The notes: generated from the letters alone by a model not told the origin. Positions 8,667 to 19,203 are shown, numbered from the stretch's first letter. The stretch is DNA of 32,000 bases from an archaeon (GCA_024275415.1 JAJRZD010000112.1:7014-39013); one strand, 5' to 3'. Program-made: numbers and translations.

Positions 8667-10847
8667 ATGCTGAAGGAGTTCACCTATGACGTACCAAAGA
8701 TAGAGCGCGGCTATGCCAATCAGACGCTCTACGTGAATTTGAGCACCAACGAGATCAAGGTCAAGCCTGTTGATGAGAAGATGAAAGAAACCTTCACTGG
8801 AGGAAAAGGCTTCGACCTGTGGCTTATGTGGAACGGGCTACCTAAAGACAAGGTTGTCAAATGGGATGATCCCGAGAATGAGATCTGTATCGCCTCAGGA
8901 CCATTGGGAGGCGTGACCCAGTACCCGGGAGCTGGAAAATCAATCGTGACGACAATCTCGCCTATGACTGGTATCCCGATTGACTCTAATGTGGGAGGGT
9001 ATTTTGGGCCCCACCTGAAGTTCAGTGGATTTGATGCCATGGAAATCCAGGGAAAGGCAAATTCTGATATCTATATCTTCATTGATGGAGATCACGGCAA
9101 GGTTCAGATATATGATGCCTCTGACCTTCCTGACACGGCCTACGAGATCACGCGGGTTCTTAGCGAAAGGCATACTGAAAAGGACGGTAAGGATCTGTCG
9201 GTGGTGTCAGCGGGACCTGGTGCTGAACATGCATGGATGGGGTGCCTGAACTTTAGCTGGTGGGATATGAGACGGAATATGCCTAGATACAAGCAAGCAG
9301 GCCGTGGAGGAGTTGGTACTGTATTCCGTAACAAAAGAATCAAGGCTTTAGTCTGCAAGATTCAGAAAATCACACTAGATATGAACAATCCTGCGGATCC
9401 GGATGGAGTAAAGAAGGTCGGTCGTGAGCATTCCAGCGAGATCCTCGAACTCGATTCAAAGCAGAACAGGATGCGTGTTGTTGGAACTGGACACCTGCCC
9501 AGCATCATGGACGAGTTCGACCTACTGCCAACACGCAACTTTAGGACTGGAAGTGATCCTGAAGCGAAGAACCTGTTTGGCGATGTCTGGGAAAAGATAT
9601 TCACGAATCCCGGAAAGGGCTGGGATGGATGTTGGAGACCCTGTGCCATCAATTGTTCACACTGCATTGAGGGCTTTGTCCCTAAAACAGGGCCATTCAA
9701 AGGCAAGACTGTTCTGGTCGATGGGCCCGAGTACGAAACCATCGCTGGGTGTGGTTCTAATATTGGTGTGTTCGACCCTCACTATGTTGCAGAGATGAAC
9801 TTTTACTGTGACGCCTATGGGATCGACACGATATCTTTTGGCACAACAATGGCATTCGTGATGGAACTCTTTGAAGAGGGATATATCGACGAGAAGGCTA
9901 CTGGGGGACACAAGCTCACATGGGGCGCAGGAGAAGAGGCGTTAGCTGTCCTTCACGAGATTGCTGAGGGTAAGGGCTTTGGCGGTGAGCACTTTGGCAA
10001 GGGGACGCACTATCTCAAAGGCTACTTCAGAAAATTCGGTGTCGATGAACAGATCATGCAGGACATAGGGATGGAACATAAGGGTCTTGAATACTCCGAA
10101 TACATGACCAAGGAAAGCCTTGCTCAACAGGGGGGTTACGGACTCGCCTTAAAAGGTCCACAGCATGATGAGGCATGGTTGATATTCCTTGACATGGTTC
10201 ACAACTATATGCCAACTTTTGACCAGAAAGCAGAGGCACTTCACTGGTTCCCAATGTGGCGAACATGGTTCGGGTTGAACGGACTGTGTAAGCTACCGTG
10301 GAATGATGTCGTTCCTGCTGACAATGCTCAGACTGATGAGCCTGCAAAGGTTCCCAAGCATATTGAGTTCTATGCACGGTTCTTCGAAGCGATGACAGGA
10401 CGTCCAACTAAGGGTGATGACCTCGTAGGCATGTCTGAGAAAGTCTACAACTTCCAGAGGATATTCAACATTCGCCAAGGCAAAGGGCTGCGAATAAATG
10501 ACTCTTTCATCCCATACAGGAGCGCTGGACCTGTCACTGATTGGGAATATAAGTCACGACAGGAACGTTATGATACCCAACTCAAGGAGTCAGGAATCGA
10601 TATTGATGGTATGACAACCACTGAGAAGAAAGACAAGCTACGAGAAATCCGGGAGGAACGTTACAGGCTCCTTACTGATGCGGCATACAAACGGCGAGGC
10701 TGGACACGGAATGGCGTGCCCACATTGGACAAGGTAAAGGCACTTGGACTTGACTGGATCCCCGGACTTGTTGATATCGTGAAGAAGCATACAGAGTCAC
10801 AGCCACCCAATGAAACACTTCCTGCTAGTGATGAGGCTTGGATGTGA
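8667..10847 (+). CDS. aor: Aldehyde:ferredoxin oxidoreductase family tungsto/molybdo-enzyme
   Basis: TFTGGKG, DSNVGG, LKFSGFDA, SAGPG, AGRGG, DGPEYET, CDAYGIDTIS, GLCKLPW, RGW. ATG 8667 was chosen because GGTGAG lies just upstream (the track starts at 8625). The substrate subfamily cannot be assigned. Confidence 0.9.
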   Translation: MLKEFTYDVPKIERGYANQTLYVNLSTNEIKVKPVDEKMKETFTGGKGFDLWLMWNGLPKDKVVKWDDPENEICIASGPLGGVTQYPGAGKSIVTTISPMTGIPIDSNVGGYFGPHLKFSGFDAMEIQGKANSDIYIFIDGDHGKVQIYDASDLPDTAYEITRVLSERHTEKDGKDLSVVSAGPGAEHAWMGCLNFSWWDMRRNMPRYKQAGRGGVGTVFRNKRIKALVCKIQKITLDMNNPADPDGVKKVGREHSSEILELDSKQNRMRVVGTGHLPSIMDEFDLLPTRNFRTGSDPEAKNLFGDVWEKIFTNPGKGWDGCWRPCAINCSHCIEGFVPKTGPFKGKTVLVDGPEYETIAGCGSNIGVFDPHYVAEMNFYCDAYGIDTISFGTTMAFVMELFEEGYIDEKATGGHKLTWGAGEEALAVLHEIAEGKGFGGEHFGKGTHYLKGYFRKFGVDEQIMQDIGMEHKGLEYSEYMTKESLAQQGGYGLALKGPQHDEAWLIFLDMVHNYMPTFDQKAEALHWFPMWRTWFGLNGLCKLPWNDVVPADNAQTDEPAKVPKHIEFYARFFEAMTGRPTKGDDLVGMSEKVYNFQRIFNIRQGKGLRINDSFIPYRSAGPVTDWEYKSRQERYDTQLKESGIDIDGMTTTEKKDKLREIREERYRLLTDAAYKRRGWTRNGVPTLDKVKALGLDWIPGLVDIVKKHTESQPPNETLPASDEAWM

Positions 10848-11023
10848 GCTGAGAACGGAGGTGATGGTATTCTATCCCCTCCTGTTTCTTTATTGCAGGC
10901 TAGAATGCAATGGACACTCTAGTGATATCATCTCAACTATCGGATTAGGAATGATTCGAGGTTTCATATCCTTCCTCAACGCAATCCCCGCAGTATATGA
11001 AGTAGTGGGCTTGACCTTCTTAT

Positions 11024-11386
11024 TCAATCTTCAACATACTTGTTTATGATGCTAATGAATTCGTCATAGCTGAATGGTTTCAAGAGAAAGTGCACTGAGC
11101 CTGCTTGTAGCGCTTCCTCTTGGACGGTTTCGTCCGCGCTGATGAAGAGCACTTTTGTGTCGTGCTTTATCTCAAGAATCTTCTTGGTAGCATTTACACC
11201 ATCAATGACTGTCATCCTGTGATCCATGATGACCAAGTCAATCTCGTCCAAATGCTTCAAAAATAGCTCAACCGCTTCTAGTCCATTTATCGCCTGCGCG
11301 ATTACCTTATGGTCTGTCATCTCCACGACATATTTCAGAAGGTTGTTCAGGTCTTTGTCATCATCAACAAGCAGGATCCGTGCCAT
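11024..11386 (-). CDS. Stand-alone CheY-like response regulator
   Basis: ILLVDDD, LVIMDHRM (phospho-Asp), FISA, FLLKP. 120 aa, no output domain. Confidence 0.92.
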   Translation of the reverse strand: MARILLVDDDKDLNNLLKYVVEMTDHKVIAQAINGLEAVELFLKHLDEIDLVIMDHRMTVIDGVNATKKILEIKHDTKVLFISADETVQEEALQAGSVHFLLKPFSYDEFISIINKYVED

Positions 11387-11405
11387 TCTCTATAAACCTA
11401 AGCCA

Positions 11406-11418
11406 TTCATTTAATGAA
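11406..11418. promoter_or_regulatory. Short palindrome TTCATT-T-AATGAA upstream of the receiver gene
   Basis: 6-bp arms with a 1-nt spacer, about 20-32 nt upstream of the 11386 start. The arms match the core of the 24213-24232 palindrome. Short enough to be chance. Confidence 0.25.
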
Positions 11419-11586
11419 CATTGTGGTTGTTACAGAGTTGGAAGGAGTCCAATCAGATGTCATACGACTGATAGTGTTAGAGATTCAGGTGTTAAAATTT
11501 CAGGCACATATCTATTTTTGTTTGTTTCAAACGGGAACTTCCTGCTGATTTTTCGCAGAGTCAGTTATTGTCTAAAACTCCAAGAG

Positions 11587-12057
11587 TCACAGAGTCAATC
11601 GCGCATGGCTATCTTGAGCGCTTTTCTTTAGCTCCTTTAACATCTTTACAATAAAAGGTGCGTCATCGCTATACAACTCAATAAGGGAGTCTATGTTAAC
11701 CACGATTTCTTTCAGCTGATCCACCATCTTCTTGACCCCTATGGAGATGAGCGAGCTGGCTTCTTCATCAATTGAATATAGAATCCTTCTTCTGCCTCGA
11801 CCAGTCTGTTTGTAATCCGCAGCACCATAGACTAGTCCTAGAGCCTCAAGCTGCGAAATGATGAGTCCTACATTACTTCGGGAGTAGTTTGTAAATTCGC
11901 AGATGTCGTCCACACTTAATCGTTCATTGGATTCATACTTGGCCACATAAAGGGAGGCAAGTACAGGTCCTGTATTCCTCGGCAGTCCCAACCAGTCTGA
12001 TTGCTTTTCAAAGAACCTGACTAAGTCAGGATAATCATCTGTTGTTGATTGTTTCAT
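11587..12057 (-). CDS. GbsR/MarR-family winged-helix transcriptional regulator
   Basis: GLPRNTGPVLASLY...LSVDDICEFTNYSRSNVGLIISQLEALGLV...GRRRILY. AGAGGA SD upstream. Confidence 0.8.
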   Translation of the reverse strand: MKQSTTDDYPDLVRFFEKQSDWLGLPRNTGPVLASLYVAKYESNERLSVDDICEFTNYSRSNVGLIISQLEALGLVYGAADYKQTGRGRRRILYSIDEEASSLISIGVKKMVDQLKEIVVNIDSLIELYSDDAPFIVKMLKELKKSAQDSHARLTL

Positions 12058-12127
12058 AAGAGAGTCCTCTCAATTTCCTTTTTTGATTATTATCATATAA
12101 AACTGTCGTATTTGTGTTATTTATAAT

Positions 12128-15100
12128 CTAATTGGCAAGCACATCCTCATCTGGAATTATAATCTCGAACGTGGTTTGCTTGTCTTTGCCAAGTTGGATG
12201 GACCAGCCGTGAGATTCGATGATTTTTCGGACAATTTGTAATCCGAATCCCCGACGTGGATCTATTGTTGATATTCTTCTTGTGAATATATCATCACGGA
12301 TATCATCAGGTATCTCTCGTCCATCATTGGCTATTGACAATATATACGAGGAGTCCTGCTTTTCACATCGGAAAAATATCTTCTGCGGTTTGCCATGCTG
12401 GAGTGCATTCTCCACAATATTTGTCAATGCTTGGGAAAGTTTACTTCTATCGCCAGTGATACGCAACTTGCAAGTGTTCTCAAAAGAAGTGCCTTCCGGG
12501 ATTAGTGTTGATGCCATATTGTCTATCAGCAAATGCAAATCAATGTCTTGTTGCTTATCAACAGTAAGACCCGCGTCAGCTAGCATAACAGAATGCTTGA
12601 CCATCTCACTCATTTCGACAAGAATATTGTTCATCTTGTCGATTTGCTCTTTATTCTCAGATGATTCAATGAGTTTGGTCATCATCCTCAATTTCAGAAC
12701 GAAGTTATTGATATCATGACCCATTGTATGAGCGAACTGACTCAGTTCTTCTCGTTGGTGCATCAACTCTCTTGTTGCCATAACCTGCTCAGTGATATCT
12801 CGCGAAACAGATACGAAGCCCTTGCCGTTCTCATGCAAAGATATCTTTGATGAAAACCAATGTTCACGACCTCGGATAACTACCGAATACTCGACAAATT
12901 GGGGTTTCCCAGTCACTCTAACTCTCTCGAACGCCACATTGAATCTCTTCCCAACTTCCGGCCCTAGCACATCTGAAGGAGTTTTTCCTATGAATTCATC
13001 AGGAAACCTTGGTAAATCTACCTTGTCTGCATTGATAAGTTCGACATATCGATTGTTTTCATCAAATACGAATACGAGATCCGACATTGAGTTCAGTATC
13101 ATTTTATAACGCTCTTTTGATTCCTGTAATTTCCTCAATACCTCTTTCCTTTCAGTGATGTCAACAACACTAGCATTGATATGTTTCTGTCCTTCATATT
13201 CTAACAATGTTGTCGTAATCTCAACGTCAATGATACTACCATCATGTTTTTTCAATCTCGATTCGAATGTTAATGACTTCGCATTGTCGAGCTCCTTCTT
13301 TAACTTGGCCCATCGCTTATGATCGTATAAGATATCAATATCGTGGACGGTCATCTTCATTAGGTCATCTATCGAATATCCCAGCATATCCGCTGCGGCT
13401 TTGTTCACATACATGAAGCTAGCATTTGGACGCACCCAGTAAATAGGGATAGGCGATGTGTCCACGCTAAACTGTGTTAGCCTTAGCCTGTGTTCATGCC
13501 TCTTGATGTCAGACATGTCCTTGTTTACAATGACATATCCTATTGGCTTGCCATTATCATCCTTTATTTGGGATACAGAACCGGCAATGTGTATCGTCCG
13601 TCCATCCTTTGTCTTCTGGATAGCCTCTCCCCGCCAGCCACCATTTTTCTTAATCTCTGACTTGACATCACTATCGGTCGTACCAGTTGGATATCGTAAT
13701 GGACGAAGAACATCACCGGCAACTTTCCCAATGACCTCTTTAGATTTCCAGCCATACATGTTTTCAGCTGCTCTGTTCCATGTTTTGATTATGAAATTCT
13801 CATCAGTAGAGATGACCGCGTCGCTTGCATTCTCCAGTAATGCTGCCTGCTCAAGGAGTTTCTGCTCTTGTTGCTTTTCAAACGTGATATCTTGTAGATG
13901 GATTAGATTGCCAAAAGTGAGTCCTGTTGTAGGGTCTTTTAGCGGTGTGACTCTTGCATCCACAAACATCTTTCCGGTTTTTGAGGTCTGATATAATCCC
14001 TCTTTGTGAATGATGTCAAAATCAAAGATGTTGGTGAATCTTGATGGCTTCCCCTCTGTCAATGCTTCTTTTACATTGTCAGGCGTATTTGGGTCTTTAT
14101 GTAGATCGAACCCTATAAGTTCCTCTTTCTGACTAACCCCAAACATTTTCAGACCAGCAGGATTGATGTCAATGATTTTTCCCTTCTCGTCAACCAGTTC
14201 TATAGCGATAGGAGACTCCATGAACATCCTTGCGAATTTCTCCTTGGACTCGTGGAGATCCATCTCATACTTCTTCCTCTCAGTCGTATTAATGAGGATG
14301 ACCTGATATAGCGTGGAGCCGCCAATCTGAATTCGGGATATGGTGCATTGAACCCAAAGTTCTCTTTGCTTAGGATCAATAATCACGAACTCTATATTCG
14401 ATTCCGCATCAGACCCCGTCAAGAACCGGTCTAGAAACGCTCTGACACGTTTTGAGTCCTTTGGATGGATATAATCCAGAAGCTGACGGGTTGCGAGCTT
14501 GGTGCATTCCTCCAGGGGTTTCTCAAGAACTCTGCACACAAGAGGGTTCGCGTATGATATCCTGAGAGGGTTGCCTTCCAGCAGGATGATTCCCATTGAT
14601 GCCTGATCCACTAACGCCCGATACTTTTCTTCACTCTTGCTCAATTCTTCTTGAACTTGCCGTTGCTCACTTATGTCCTGTATCATTCCATATAGAATCT
14701 CAGGATCACCATCCGGAGAATATTGGATTGATATGTTCACATTTGTCCATATGATCTCGCCATTTTTCGAAAAAAACCTGTGTGGGGCATTAAAGACAGA
14801 GCCACCTGCGGCGATTACACTCATATATTTTTCATAGCTTGCTTTGAAATCTTCGCGATGGACAAGATCCTTCGGCATCATGGCCAGTATCTCTGTCCGT
14901 GAATAGCCCAGCATTGAGCAAAGAGCAGGGTTGGCATCTAGTATCAAACCATCGGGGCGATAGACCAAGATCCCTAAACCACTGTTCTCGAAAATCGTTC
15001 TGAATCGTTCCTCACTTTCCATGAGTGCATATCGATCTCGCTTCGATTCTGTGATATCCTCGACCATGTAAATGGTGAAGACAGGCTCTCCTTTTGAGTT

Positions 15101-15811
15101 CAGGACGGCCGATACACTGACTCGTCCCCAGATACGTTCATTATCCTTTTTCATAAGCTGCTTTTCCAGCTGGTAACTATCTCTTATCCCCTGAACCATC
15201 TCTCTTGTTAACCTGCTCTCAAGTTCCTTCTCATCCCCTGTTGAGAACTCCAATATGTTCATGCCAGAGAGCTCTTCAAGCTCGAAACCAAGCATTTGCG
15301 CTAATGCAAAGTTTGCCTCAAGGATATAGCCATCAATTGTCACTCGGGCAATCCCAACTGATGCCCACTCAAAGATTGCTCTGAAACGAGATTCGCTTTC
15401 TTGTAACGCCTCCTCAATCTCCTTTTTTTCTACGGCATTCTTGATGTGATGGGCTAGCTCTTCGAATAGGTTCTCAAAATCCTCTACATCCTTCTTCAAG
15501 TAGAAGCTTGCTCCAAGATTCAAAGCACGAATTGCCACTTCCTCACGACTGCGTCCAGTAAACATTATGAATGGGATATCGCTGCCTGCACCGCGCAACC
15601 ATTCCAAGAGCTCAAGGCCGTTCATTTCCCCTTCTCCTAAATGAAAGTCACAGACAATGGCATCAAAGCCTTCTGACTCGATCCGTCTAAGAGCGTCCTG
15701 TGCAGACACGGATAAGAAGGTCTTGAACTCCGGATGCTCCCGTGTCAAGAACCTCTCAATCAGTACGAGAAGATCCCTGTCGTCATCGACTATGAGTATC
15801 TGTATTGTCAT
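12128..15811 (-). CDS. Soluble hybrid sensor kinase: REC + 7 PAS + HisKA + HATPase
   Basis: N-terminal ILIVDDD / IVCDF / FTG / YLKK. Seven PAS units ending in DITE-like motifs. H-box MGHDINN, N-box NIVENALQHG, NDG, GFGLQIV. No hydrophobic TM stretch seen. Confidence 0.93.
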   Translation of the reverse strand: MTIQILIVDDDRDLLVLIERFLTREHPEFKTFLSVSAQDALRRIESEGFDAIVCDFHLGEGEMNGLELLEWLRGAGSDIPFIMFTGRSREEVAIRALNLGASFYLKKDVEDFENLFEELAHHIKNAVEKKEIEEALQESESRFRAIFEWASVGIARVTIDGYILEANFALAQMLGFELEELSGMNILEFSTGDEKELESRLTREMVQGIRDSYQLEKQLMKKDNERIWGRVSVSAVLNSKGEPVFTIYMVEDITESKRDRYALMESEERFRTIFENSGLGILVYRPDGLILDANPALCSMLGYSRTEILAMMPKDLVHREDFKASYEKYMSVIAAGGSVFNAPHRFFSKNGEIIWTNVNISIQYSPDGDPEILYGMIQDISEQRQVQEELSKSEEKYRALVDQASMGIILLEGNPLRISYANPLVCRVLEKPLEECTKLATRQLLDYIHPKDSKRVRAFLDRFLTGSDAESNIEFVIIDPKQRELWVQCTISRIQIGGSTLYQVILINTTERKKYEMDLHESKEKFARMFMESPIAIELVDEKGKIIDINPAGLKMFGVSQKEELIGFDLHKDPNTPDNVKEALTEGKPSRFTNIFDFDIIHKEGLYQTSKTGKMFVDARVTPLKDPTTGLTFGNLIHLQDITFEKQQEQKLLEQAALLENASDAVISTDENFIIKTWNRAAENMYGWKSKEVIGKVAGDVLRPLRYPTGTTDSDVKSEIKKNGGWRGEAIQKTKDGRTIHIAGSVSQIKDDNGKPIGYVIVNKDMSDIKRHEHRLRLTQFSVDTSPIPIYWVRPNASFMYVNKAAADMLGYSIDDLMKMTVHDIDILYDHKRWAKLKKELDNAKSLTFESRLKKHDGSIIDVEITTTLLEYEGQKHINASVVDITERKEVLRKLQESKERYKMILNSMSDLVFVFDENNRYVELINADKVDLPRFPDEFIGKTPSDVLGPEVGKRFNVAFERVRVTGKPQFVEYSVVIRGREHWFSSKISLHENGKGFVSVSRDITEQVMATRELMHQREELSQFAHTMGHDINNFVLKLRMMTKLIESSENKEQIDKMNNILVEMSEMVKHSVMLADAGLTVDKQQDIDLHLLIDNMASTLIPEGTSFENTCKLRITGDRSKLSQALTNIVENALQHGKPQKIFFRCEKQDSSYILSIANDGREIPDDIRDDIFTRRISTIDPRRGFGLQIVRKIIESHGWSIQLGKDKQTTFEIIIPDEDVLAN

Positions 15812-16030
15812 GCAACCACCTCTTACCGGAAGTTGAATCAGCTGAGGTTGAGGAAACGTATCAAGTACTGCTGATGGCGTAGTACCCTAATCTCACTTTC
15901 ACATCGCCCTCCCTTTAATAAAATAATTCCGTCTAGGATATTTGAGAAAATATTATACCGGAAATTAGGAACCGTTTTCGCTTAATATGAACAAAAAACA
16001 AGTCCATCAACAAAGGTTTTTTATTTTCTT

Positions 16031-16051
16031 TATGTAATGATTTATTACATA
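16031..16051. promoter_or_regulatory. Imperfect palindrome in the AT-rich region between two divergent kinase genes
   Basis: TATGTAATGA-T-TTATTACATA, 9/10 arm match. Confidence 0.4.
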
Positions 16052-16143
16052 TAATATTGTAAAAAATGGTGATAATAAGACTTGTAATGAGGCTTACTTG
16101 TGCATCGCAATGACATTATGAACAATGATCAGCCATCGCGAGT

Positions 16144-19119
16144 GTGCGAACATTGGTGAGTAGTACAGATAATCCGAAGATTCTGATTGCAGGTGAGGAC
16201 AAGACGGCTTGCGGAGTTTTGAAATCCGCTTTAGAATCACGAGGTTATAGCGTTCATGTTGCATCTAGTGAGAGGGAACTCACAGAGTTGGTTGGTGAAA
16301 GGTTCTATGATGCTGTGCTTCTTAGCTTAGGGATGTCCTCATTATCGAGGCTTGTTTCGTTGCTATCAGTCAATAGTGGTACGACAATCCTATTCTATGA
16401 GTCTGGTGACAGTGATTCTCAAGGAGAAAGTATGCCATTCGGATTGTTTGTTGAGCCAGTAGATCTTGCTGAGGTTGCCCATAGATTAGAAGAAAGACTG
16501 GATGGAAGGACGGGTGTGAGAGGATTAAACAGCATACTTCAGGGTGTTAGGACTGATGAACGAAAAATAGAACGGATTGCACGATTCCTTCAAGAGGCTG
16601 TATGGATTGCAAAATGGGATTCCCTGGAGATCGAGTATATCAACCCTTCTTTCGAACGAATATACGGGGTCAACTCCAAGAATGTTATCGAACATAAAAG
16701 ACGTTGGCTGGATTTCATTCATCCTGATGATAAGGCAACTGCTAGAAAATACCTAGAATCTGTACGAAGAAGGTTGACTTTTCACCCAATCGAATTGAGA
16801 ATTATAACCCAAGATGGTAGGACTCGCTGGATTAGAACCAAAGTGTTTGCATTCCTTAATGAAGATGAGAAACTGAACTCATTCATTGGATTGGACATTG
16901 ACATAACAGACCAGAAAAACCTTCAATTTGCAATCCGTGAGAATGAGGCGCTATTCAAGAGCATCTTTGAGAAATCCCCTATCGCCATCAACATATTCAA
17001 TACTGATGGAACGCTCATAGCCGTCAATGAGGCAAGTATCAGTCAGTTGGGAGTGGAGAATAGTCGAGACCTAAGGGATATCAACTTATTCGATTTCTAC
17101 AAGGTCGATAGGTCTCAGCTACTGAGTGATAGTGATGTCTTCATCGAAAGCACATTGGACTTTGATGACCTAAGAAGGAATCGAACAATCCCTACTCATC
17201 GTAAAGGACAAGCATACCTAGAGTTGGCCATTTCCAGGCTCGGCCCGGATGACCCTGAAGGTTTTATTGTCCAGGTTTCTGATGTAACTGATAAGAAACT
17301 CGCAAACAGAAGAATCGCTGAAGAACAGGATAAGGCGAAGCTCTATCTTGATTCGGCCCGGGCAATAATCGTGGCGACCGATACATCGGGGAGAGTCACG
17401 CTGATTAACGAGTACGGATCCGAACTACTAGGTATCTCAGACTCCCGCTCTGATAAATATGTTTCATTCCTAGATTTTGTACCTAACGAGCATAAGAACT
17501 TGGCACATGAGCATTTCATCGCATCCTTAATGAACACAGACATGAATTCAATTGCTGAGATCCCACTACTGATGCCAGATGGAACTCAAAGAGTGTTTAG
17601 ATGGAAAAGTACAGTGTTGCATGAATATGGGGAAAATCCCGTAGGTCTCATTTCATATGGAGAGGATATTACTGAATTAAAAAATGCGATTCAAAACCTT
17701 GAAGAAAGCGAGAAGCTATTGAACCGTGTCTTTGAACGTAGCCCAATAGGAATTGCCATCGTCAATCCTCAGGGGACGATTCTAAGGATGAACTCGTCAC
17801 TCCTGAATATTCTGGGGATATCCCGTCCTGATGAAGTGGTTGGAAAATCATTATCCGATGATCCAAATTTATCAACCTTTGTGAGAGATATCTTAAGGGA
17901 CGATAGACCATTTCAAACAGATGTGAGATACGATTTCAGTCGCACTATAGACAAAGGTATCTTCCGTACATCAAGGCGAGGAATTGCGTATCTGAGGTTG
18001 ATTACTGCACCGCTGAAGACCGATGGAAATGGCCCTGCTAAGGACATTGTTATGATTCTACAAGATATAACAGAATCCAAGGAGTCTGAGCAGAGAACCC
18101 AGTATCTTGTCAAGATCCTCGAGAACATCTCTGAGGCAGTCATATCAACTGATCGGAAACTCAAGATTCTGTCATGGAATAGAACAGCAGAGAACATTTA
18201 CGGATATGAAGAATCTGAAGTAATCGGGAAGCTTTTGTTTGACGTCATCCCTACCGAGTATAACGAGCCAGATGACGAGGATTCCATAAAGCAGGTATTT
18301 TTGGATGGGAAGTGGACCGGTGAAGCGTATCAGTTGACAAGACTGGGCGAGAGGTTGCTTGTGCGATTATCTATCTCCACCCTGCGTGACAAGAACGATA
18401 TGATCGAGGGGTTAATATTTGTCATCCAAGACATCACAGAAGAAAAGGAAACAAAGAGAAAGCTCAAAGCAGAAAAAGATAGAGCGATGCTCTACCTTGA
18501 TATCATGGGGCATGATATCAGGAACAAACTTCAAGCGATGATGATGGGTTATGACATCATCAGTCGTCTGGTTGACAAAGATGAGATTGTTGAAGAACTT
18601 ATAGAACAGATACAGCAGTCAGCCGAGGCCTGTACCGAATTGATATCCAAGGTCAAGAGGACTGAGCGATTAACCAGTGTACCATTGGAGATTCATGACC
18701 TTAACTCTGTCGTACAAAGGAGTGTTTCACTTTTCAGTGCTCGGAACCCAGCGATTGACATCCAGCTTGAGTCATCAGTAAAACAGGCGAACATTGTTGC
18801 TGACGAGTTCATCGATGATCTAGTCCTCACCTTTCTTGAGAATGCTATCCACCACAACGACCGGGAGAGGAAGCGTATTTGGGTCAGTTTAGATTACACG
18901 AATGGTAAGTACTTGTTGACAATTGCCGATAATGGACCCGGCATCTCAGATGAACGCAAAAAATGGCTATTTGATAAGGAGAGACGATTCGGAGGGCTCG
19001 GATTGCACCAAGCAAAACAAATCGCTGACAAATATGGCGCATCCATCACAGTGAAGGATCGTGTGCCTCACGAGTACACTAGTGGTGCACGCTTTGATAT
19101 TGTATTTCCAAGGATTTGA
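16144..19119 (+). CDS. Soluble sensor kinase: pseudo-receiver + 5 PAS + HisKA + HATPase
   Basis: Degenerate REC (ILIAGED, DAVLLSLG, FVEPVD). Five PAS units. H-box MGHDIRN, FLENAIHHN, ADNGPG, GGLGL. GTG start uncertain. Confidence 0.92.
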   Translation: MRTLVSSTDNPKILIAGEDKTACGVLKSALESRGYSVHVASSERELTELVGERFYDAVLLSLGMSSLSRLVSLLSVNSGTTILFYESGDSDSQGESMPFGLFVEPVDLAEVAHRLEERLDGRTGVRGLNSILQGVRTDERKIERIARFLQEAVWIAKWDSLEIEYINPSFERIYGVNSKNVIEHKRRWLDFIHPDDKATARKYLESVRRRLTFHPIELRIITQDGRTRWIRTKVFAFLNEDEKLNSFIGLDIDITDQKNLQFAIRENEALFKSIFEKSPIAINIFNTDGTLIAVNEASISQLGVENSRDLRDINLFDFYKVDRSQLLSDSDVFIESTLDFDDLRRNRTIPTHRKGQAYLELAISRLGPDDPEGFIVQVSDVTDKKLANRRIAEEQDKAKLYLDSARAIIVATDTSGRVTLINEYGSELLGISDSRSDKYVSFLDFVPNEHKNLAHEHFIASLMNTDMNSIAEIPLLMPDGTQRVFRWKSTVLHEYGENPVGLISYGEDITELKNAIQNLEESEKLLNRVFERSPIGIAIVNPQGTILRMNSSLLNILGISRPDEVVGKSLSDDPNLSTFVRDILRDDRPFQTDVRYDFSRTIDKGIFRTSRRGIAYLRLITAPLKTDGNGPAKDIVMILQDITESKESEQRTQYLVKILENISEAVISTDRKLKILSWNRTAENIYGYEESEVIGKLLFDVIPTEYNEPDDEDSIKQVFLDGKWTGEAYQLTRLGERLLVRLSISTLRDKNDMIEGLIFVIQDITEEKETKRKLKAEKDRAMLYLDIMGHDIRNKLQAMMMGYDIISRLVDKDEIVEELIEQIQQSAEACTELISKVKRTERLTSVPLEIHDLNSVVQRSVSLFSARNPAIDIQLESSVKQANIVADEFIDDLVLTFLENAIHHNDRERKRIWVSLDYTNGKYLLTIADNGPGISDERKKWLFDKERRFGGLGLHQAKQIADKYGASITVKDRVPHEYTSGARFDIVFPRI

Positions 19120-19203
19120 GTCTCCACCAAAAAACGTCTCTCCGTTAAGGGGAAAATTCATACTTGTTGCTGAATCGTCAAGAAGAAATCATGTTCAAGA
19201 AGT

